28,056 bases of DNA from the NCBI RefSeq assembly GCF_004010195.1, contig NC_057750.1:5855983-5884038 (forward strand), read 5' to 3'. A model generated the notes under the pieces. It did no database searches, had not been told where the DNA came from, and was given only the letters and a program-made list of their open reading frames with translations. The stretch's first letter is position 1. Each line of letters opens with the position of its first letter. The translations under genes were made by a program, and so were the position numbers. Shown piece after piece: positions 21,340-28,056 of the stretch. The DNA is from Chiloscyllium plagiosum (Eukaryota).

Positions 21340-21922
21340 TACAGGGTCAATGCAGAGAGGATGTTTTCTCTAGCTAGGATGGATGATGGGTTTAGAACAA
21401 GGGGCACATTCTCAGTAAGGAATAGGCCACTTAGGACTGAGATGAGGAAGAATTTCCTCACCCAGAGAATAGAGAATCTTTGGAATTAAAGGGCTGTAGA
21501 AGCTCAGGCATTTGAATATAATCAAGACAAATATTGATGAATTTCTAGACATCAAAAATATGCAGGATACGGAGATCTTGCAGCAGCATATGAACACGGA
21601 GCAGAAATGGGCCATTCAGACCCTCGAACCTGCTCCATGTTTTAATAAGATCATGAAATCTGATTGTGATTTCAAATCTGTGTTCCAATCTATCCCTGAT
21701 AACCTTTCACCCTCTTACTTATCGACAGTCTATCCAACTCTGCCTTTAAAAGAAGCAAGAATTCTCCTTCTACCACATTTTCAGGAAGAGAAATCCAAAA
21801 TATCTTTGCTGTTTTGAATGGGCAATGCATGACTTTTTTTTTAAGTTGCCTAAGTTCTACATTCCCCCCAAAAAGGAAACATCCTCTCCACATCTATCCT
21901 GTATAGACCTCTCAGGATCTTA
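21340..21922. mobile_element. Two adjacent CR1 3' fragments in opposite orientations
   Basis: Plus ORF LRTEMRKNFLTQRIENLWN to about 21560; minus-strand CR1 tail from about 21590, resuming after the Penelope at about 22665-23170. Confidence 0.7.
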
Positions 21923-22655
21923 GATTTTAGGGTGTAGGTTTGCTCGCTGAGCTGTAGGTTTGATATCCAGATGTTTCATTACCTGGCTAGGTAACATCAT
22001 CAGTGGTGACATCTAAGTGAAGCAAAGCTGTTGTCTCCTGCTTTCTATTTATATCTTTCGCCTGGATGGGGTTCCTGGGGTTTGTGGTGATGTCATTTCC
22101 TGTTCGTTTTCTGAGGAGTTGATAGATGGCATCTAGATCTATGCTGGAAATGTGTTGCTGGAAAAGCGCAGCAGGTCAGGCAGCATCCAGGGAACAGGCA
22201 GGAATGGGGATGCTGCCTGACCTGCTGCGCTTTTCCAGCAACACATTTTCAGCTCTGATCTCCAGCATCTGCAGACCTCACTTCCTCCATCTAGATCTAT
22301 GTGCTTGTTTATGGCGTTGTGGTTGGAGTACCAGGCCTCTAGGAATTCTCTGGCATGTCTTTGGTTAGCCTGTCCCAGGATAGATGTGTTGTCCCAGTTG
22401 AAATGGTGGGTTTTTTTCCATCCGTGTGTAGGGCTATGAGGGAGAGGGGGTCATGTCTTTTTGTGGCTAGCTGGTGTTCATGTATACTGGTGGCTAACTT
22501 TCTTCCTGTTTGTCCTACGTAGTGTTTGTGGCAGTCCTTGTATGGAATTTTATAGATGACATTGGTTTTGTCCATGGGTTATACTGGCTCTTTTAAGTTT
22601 GTTAGTTTTTGTTTGAGAGTGTTGGTGGGTTTGTGTGCTACTAGGATTCCGAGGT
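21923..22655 (-). mobile_element. Penelope-like element 3' part encoding a GIY-YIG endonuclease remnant
   Basis: Minus ORF KTNVIYKIPYKDCHKHYVGQTGRKLATSIHEH has the VIY...YVG motif of PLE endonucleases; hammerhead motif cca-CTGATGA-tgttacctagccaggtaat-GAAA-catc-tgg at 21967-22006. Confidence 0.85.
22144..22287. mobile_element. Penelope-derived hairpin insertion nested in another Penelope
   Basis: 14-bp TSD CATCTAGATCTATG (22130-22143, 22288-22301); arms 22143-22188 and 22208-22253; 34-bp one-sided tail 22254-22287; near-identical to 27666-27756. Confidence 0.9.
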
Positions 22656-23329
22656 GGATACAAGTCTTATGTGTCCATCTTTTACCCTTAATACAATCCA
22701 TTAATTCCAGGTATTACACTAGTAAACTTGCTCTGAACTGCTTCCAATATATTAACATCCTTCCTTAAATGATGTGACCAATATTATACACACTACTCCA
22801 GACATGGTCTCACCGGAGCCCGGTAGAGCCAAGTCATAACCTTCCTACTTTTGAATTCAGTTTCCCTTGTGATAGATGATAATATTCTATTAGTTTTGGT
22901 AATTACTTGCTGCATCTACATACTAATCTTTTGTATTTCATTCACTAGGACACTCAGATCTCCCTGCACCACAGAGCCCTGCAATCTCTGACCATACATG
23001 CAATATGATTTACTATTATTCCTGCCAAAATGGACAATTTAATGTTTTCCCACACTATGTTCCATTTGCCAGATCTTTGCCTATAAACGTAACCTATCTA
23101 CATCCCTCTGTTGTCTTTTTCACAATGTACTTACCTATCTATCTTTGTGTCAATAAATTTGGCAACCATACTTGTAAGGAGAGGGGAAAATAGCATTCAG
23201 ATGGGAAATCAACCATGATCTAGCTCAAGATTAGGGCATGCTTGGTGGCCAAACAACCTACACCTGTTTGTATTTCCTACGTAACAATCCTCCTTGCAAA
23301 CATGTTTCCCCCAGTCTTTTTAAATTCCT

Positions 23330-24530
23330 AGAGATGTAAAGCATGGAAACAGACCCTTTGGTCCAACTCATCCGTGCCAACTAGACTAAATAAATCTAGT
23401 CCTGTTTTTTCATAGAATCCCAGCAGTGTGGGAACAGGTCATTTAGTCCAACAAGTCAGCACCGACACTCTGAAGAGTATCCCTGACTAATGCACCTAAT
23501 CTACATATCCCTGAACACTATGGGCAATTTAGCTTGGCAAATCCACCAAGCCTATACCTCTTTGGACTGTGGGAGGAAACCTGCAGAGACACCTGGAGAA
23601 TATGCAAATTCAACACAGTCAGTGGCCTGAGGCTGGAATCGAACCCGGGTTCCTGGCACTGTGAGGCGACAGTGCTAACCACTGAGCCACTGTACTGCCC
23701 ACAGCCGCTATGATGCCAGCATTTGGCCCATATCCCATAGGCCCCTTCCTACTCATATACCCATCCAAATCCATTTTAAATGTTGTACCAGACTTCCTCT
23801 GGCAGTCCATTCCAGACATGCACAGCCTTCTGCATGAAAAAGTTGCCCCTAAGGTCCCTTTTAAATCTTTCCCCTGTCACCTTAAACCTATGCCCTCTAG
23901 TTTTGGGACTCCCCTACCCTGTCGAGACTTTGACTATTCACCCTATTCATGCCCCTCATGATTTTATAAACCTCTATAAGGTCACATTTCAGTCTTCAAC
24001 TTACCAGAGAAATGAGCCCAGCCCATTCAGCCTTTCCTGACAAGATCAAACTCTCCAACCCTGGCAACATCCATGTACATCTTTTCTGAACCCTTTCCAA
24101 GTTTAACAACATCCTTCCTATAACAAGGAGACCAGAATTGAACGCAGTATTCCAAAAGTGGCCTAACCAATGTCCTGTATAGCCAAACATGACCTCCCAA
24201 CTCCTACACTCAATGCACTGATCAATAAAAGCAAGCATACCAAGCACCTTCTTCACTACCCTGTCTACCTGGACTCCACTTTTGAGGAACTATGAACCTG
24301 CACACCAAGGTCCCTTTGTTCAGCAATATTCCCCAGGACCTTACCATTGAGTGTATAAGTCCTGCCCTGATTTGTCCTACCAAACTGTAGTACCTCACAT
24401 TTATCTAGATTAAACTCCATTTGCCACTTCTTGGCCCATCTGATCATAGTTCCATTGTATTCTGAGGCAATCTGCTTTGCTGTCCACTACACCACCAATT
24501 TTGGTGTTGTTTGCAAATTTACTAACCATG
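23330..24530 (-). mobile_element. CR1 LINE 3' ~0.9 kb, interrupted by an HE1 SINE
   Basis: Frameshifted ORF2 pieces WAKKWQMEFNLDKCEVLQFGRTN...EQRDLGVQVH and LERVQKRCTWMLPGLE. Confidence 0.9.
23408..23701 (-). mobile_element. HE1-like SINE inserted in the CR1 tail
   Basis: Minus start GGGCAGTACAGTGGCTCAGTGGTTAGCACTG, B box GGGTTCGATTCC; the CR1 tail resumes at about 23713. Confidence 0.85.
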
Positions 24531-24780
24531 ATTAACTTCGTAGAGATATGGTTTAATAGTATATGCAGATGCTGTGATATAACTGACTTTAGTAGTCCTC
24601 TGTTGAAATATTGGAACTAGAGAAGGTTAGACCAAGGAAGTCTGCTGTGTGATAATTGTGTAAGTATTGCTAATAAATATAGTCTAAAGAAAAACTTTTG
24701 AGGTTTAGCCAAGGGTATCTGAAAGATGAACCCATATTAAAACAATCGTCAAACCATGTCTGGGTCCTTTTGACACTCAC

Positions 24781-25187
24781 CTTGTGTGGAATTCAACATG
24801 CATTTTTTATTCTTGTCCAACGCCTCTCCTTTCTGTAGCCTCCTTCTGCTGTCAATGCAGCTTATGGGGTAGGCCCCTGGTTCCCTCTTCTCTAAGTTCA
24901 TCTGGCCAACTGAAAAGCCATTGGCCAACTCATCAGGAGAAACGACACTGAGCATCTGATAGCTTGGCACATTCTTGTATGCTCCGCCCTTCCAGTTGGT
25001 GAGCTCCAACTTTGCTTGGTTCTTCTCAGTGCCGCCAAAGTAAAACTTGGGCTTGTCTTCACCTTGAGTATAAGGGACAGTTCCACTTCTGCTCTTCCTA
25101 AGCCTTGGAAAGCTGATCATTGTTGCCTGAGGAACCTTCCTAATCGTTGGCAGGCTTACTCTTTGTCTTGCTTGTTTTTTATAAAAC
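24781..25187 (-). CDS. Probable internal coding exon (407 bp) of an unidentified gene
   Basis: Acceptor ttgcatttAG|G, donor CAAG|GTGAGT, open frame throughout (FYKKQARQRVSLPTIRKVPQATMISFPRLRKSRSG...KKCMLNSTQ), no repeat similarity that I recognise. Phase 2 in, phase 1 out. Confidence 0.6.
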
Positions 25188-25510
25188 CTAAATGCAATAA
25201 ATAATGGGCATTAATGAAGAGGTTTGCAAATGGTGGATGAGACATTGTGCTACACTCTTCATCTAATTTTGAAGATCTTCAATCAAGATCGCTTCTGCCC
25301 CTTTGCCAATGGAAATAAACATCTTGCAGTCACTATTTTGAAGCAAAGCAGATGTCTTGGACAATTGTACCTCACCAATGAAGAGTGTGAAAAGGTCTAC
25401 TGAGTCCAGCAGATTGAAATGTTTCAATCTGGTTCAGGAATCGTACACTAGCTGAGCTGGCTGAAGTGCTGGATGGTGAGCAAGCAACAAGGGGCTATGT
25501 TCCATACAGG

Positions 25511-25660
25511 ATTAGTGGTGCTGGAAGAGCACAGCAGTTCAGGCAGCATCCAAGGAGCTTCGAAATCGACATTTCTGGCAAAAGCCCTTCATCAGGAATA
25601 ATTCTTCCAGCACCACTAATCCAGAATCTGGTTTCCAGCATCTGCAGTCATTGTTTTTAC
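25511..25660. mobile_element. Penelope-derived insertion with short inverted arms and hammerhead motif
   Basis: 16-bp TSD CTATGTTCCATACAGG (25495-25510, 25661-25676); arms 25509-25528 and 25603-25622; minus-strand CTGATGAagggcttttgccaGAAAtgtc; 38-bp tail. Confidence 0.9.
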
Positions 25661-25894
25661 CTATGTTCCATACAGGCCTAGAGGTTGTCATGCCAGCCTG
25701 GTTGAAGGAACAACTGCAGCTACAATCTCTCACACTCTCGATATACCCTTCTCCTTTACCACACCCCAGCACCTCTGCAACAATAATTGGCTGGCTACTA
25801 AATCTGATCTACAGTTATAACATTGCTCTCTGTAAGAGCTTGCTGTGACAAAATTGGTATTTACGCTATACCAAGGTCACCTGAAGCCAAATGG

Positions 25895-26060
25895 GTTGCC
25901 CTTGCCTCTGAGATCTTTGGTTCAAATCCCTTCAGGTCTTGAGCACAAAAAAAGCTGGTACTGAGGGAGTACTGCACTGTTGGATGTGTCGTTCTGTCAG
26001 ATGAGGTGTTAAGTCAAGACCTGCCTGCCAGCTTAGGTGGATGTATAAGTTCCCATGGTC
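25895..26060 (+). mobile_element. DeuSINE-like fragment
   Basis: gcctctgag...ggttcaaatccc...gtactgagggagtactgcactgttgga...agatgaggtgttaa, similar to 8560-8990. Confidence 0.55.
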
Positions 26061-26842
26061 CAATCATCTTTGAAATTTTCCACCTCAGAAGACTGTGGGA
26101 AGTTTAGTGATTGAGTATGTTCAAGACAAAGATCGATGGATTTTTGGATATACTGATAATATGAGAAAATAGTGTTCAGGTAGAAGATCATCCATGATTG
26201 AGATTGGTGGGCTGAATGGTCAACCCCTGCTCTTATTTCCTACGTATCATTGCAAAAGTACTTAATTGGTATAAAGCAAGTTGTGATGATCCAAGCTTGT
26301 GAAAGTCTCAAAATTATTACAAGTTTTACATTCAGTATTTATGGATTAATTGCTTAATTGTTAGGAAAGGACGGATCCAATCCATGGCTGGTTTCACTTA
26401 ATATCCAAATGTATTAATAGTCTCAAGTAGGGGTCTTGGGTACTGATCACAAGCAAGCACCCACCTGCTACCTGTGTTGCTGAGGTCAAGAGCTTGATGG
26501 TTCTTCTGACCCTATCTGAGTCTTGAATCCTTGTGGGAGGGTCACCAACAAAGATTTTTGAAGGATGCCCTCTGGTTGTAATGAAGACTGGCTCACCATC
26601 CAATTAAGGATGGTAGGCTGGCATTTGAAGCTAGCCGTCTAATCAGAGATTTTCTAGCTTAAGAGGAGCAGCAGGCTGCTGTAGAAGGTAATTCAGACGG
26701 CAATTGCTTCAAAATGGAGCTGGCTGCTCTGCAACTCTTTTAAATCATTAATTATAAAGAAAACAATTAAATTGTCAAACTACCATGTTGCAAGCAGAAT
26801 GAGTGAGATTGGACGGGAGAGAGGAGTCCAGTTTGTCCCTTA

Positions 26843-27441
26843 TTGGTCAGAGTATTGAGTACAGGAGTTGGGAGATCATGTTGTGGCTGTACAGGACATT
26901 GGTTAGGCCACTTTTAGAATACTGTGTGCAGTTCTGGTCTCCTTCCTATTGGAAGCTGTTGTGAAACTTGAACGGGTTCAGAAAAGATTTACAAGGATGT
27001 TGCCAGGCTTGGAGCATTTGAGCTGTAGGGAGAGGTTGAATATGTTGGGGCTGTTTTCCCAGAAGTGTCGGAGGCTGAGGGGTGACCTTAAAGAGGTTTA
27101 TAAAATCATAAAGGGCATGGATAGGATAAATAGACAACGTCTCTTCCCTGGGGTCTGGTAGTCCAGAACTAGAGGGCCTTTATTTAGGGTGAGAGGAGGA
27201 AAATATAAAAGACACCTAAGGGGCAACTTTTTCATGCAGAGGGTGGTACGTGTATGGAATGAACTGCCAGAGGAAGTGGTGGAGCCGAGTACAATTGCAA
27301 CATTTAAAAGGCATCTGGATGGGTATATGAATAGGAAGGGTTTGGAGGGATATGGGCTGGGTGCTGGCAAGTGGGACTAGATTGGTTTGGGATATCTGGT
27401 CAGCACGATCTGTTTCTGTGCTGTACATCTCTCTGACTCTA
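26843..27441 (+). mobile_element. CR1 LINE 3' end
   Basis: ORFs LERVQKRFTRMLPGLEHLSCRERLNMLGLFS...RGDLKEVYKI and GNFFMQRVVRVWNELPEEVV. Confidence 0.9.
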
Positions 27442-27665
27442 GGCCATTAGTTCCACAGTAGAGTCATAGTGGACTCAAAACAGTAACTCTATTTCTTGCT
27501 CCACAGATGCTGCCTAACTTTTTGAGTTTCTCCAGCTGTCTGTCTGCCCACAAGTGCTTCAGCTTGCCCCTGCCATGTGAGAATCCTGAATTAGATTGAA
27601 AAATTCCAAACAGCCTTTATGTACTGAACTCAGTGAATCTTTTCAAGGGGTATTTTTCAGAATGG

Positions 27666-28056
27666 GGAGAAAGTGAGGTCTGCAGATGCTGGAGATCAGA
27701 GATGGAAATGTGTTGCTGGAAAAGCGCAGCAGGTCAGGCAGCATCTAGGGAACAGGAGAATCGACGTTTCGGGCATCAGCCCTTCTTCAGGAATGAGGAA
27801 AGTTGGTCCAGCAGGCTAAGATAAAAGATAGGGAGGAGGGACTTGGGGGAAGGGCGTGGGAAATGTGATAGGTGGAAAGAGGTCAAGGTGAGGGTGATAG
27901 GTCAGACGGGGGTGGGGGCGGAGAGGTCGGGAAGAAGATTGCAGGTTAGGAAGGCGGTGCTGAATTCGATGGATTTGACTGAGACAAGGTGGGGGGAGGG
28001 GAAATGAGGAAACTGGTGAAACCCGAGTTCATCCCTTGTGGTTGGAGGATTCCTAG
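27666..28056 (-). mobile_element. Relatively young Penelope-like element 3' end (runs off window)
   Basis: Tail plus pseudo-LTR with intact minus-strand hammerhead motif attc-CTGAAGA-agggc-tgat-gccc-GAAA-CGTC-gatt (about 27759-27794); CpGs retained. Confidence 0.85.

Noticed and set aside
23630..23701. tRNA-like A and B boxes as a tRNA gene (also about 840-904 and 21260-21331)
   Set aside because: They are SINE heads followed by HE1 body and CR1-derived tail; no complete cloverleaf seen.
24749..25120. 123-aa ORF as a stand-alone gene or ribosomal-protein retrocopy
   Set aside because: Only a superficial KNVPSYQ resemblance to RPS25; the frame extends upstream to an AG acceptor and has a strong GTGAGT donor, so an internal exon fits better.
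26394..26603. 69-aa minus-strand ORF as a further exon of the unidentified gene
   Set aside because: No convincing acceptor plus phase-2 donor pair that would join 25187.
1..28056. CRISPR array, prokaryotic operon or intact autonomous retrotransposon
   Set aside because: No regularly spaced repeat-spacer array; all RT and endonuclease remnants are fragmentary with stops or frameshifts; the architecture is eukaryotic.

Overview
Repeat-rich vertebrate DNA, very probably from a shark or ray (inferred from HE1-type SINEs, DeuSINE/SacSINE-type SINEs, and many CR1 and Penelope fragments). The one nameable gene is PPP1R37 (LRRC68) on the minus strand. Its unusually large first coding exon (13113-11286) ends in KRVTFPSDEAIVSGAVEPKDPWRH and a phase-1 GT donor. 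A CpG-island promoter lies at about 14.0-14.8 kb, and intron 1 fills the left 11 kb. The long N-terminal extension is partly built from a degenerate tandem repeat that continues, frame-broken, upstream of the ATG. Two, possibly three, phase-compatible minus-strand exons of an unidentified gene lie at 25.2-24.8, 20.8-20.6 and 17.9 kb. The most striking non-genic signal is a set of short Penelope-derived insertions with 8-16 bp target-site duplications, inverted arms and minimal hammerhead-ribozyme motifs (CTGANGA...GAAA), with breakpoints clustered just upstream of the ribozyme core. Also present: a solo LTR nested in a CR1, a Tc1/mariner-type MITE, a 93-bp locally templated insertion and a fold-back micro-rearrangement. 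Repeat boundaries are approximate unless a TSD or TIR is quoted. Family names and orthology come from my recall of consensus sequences, not from searches.
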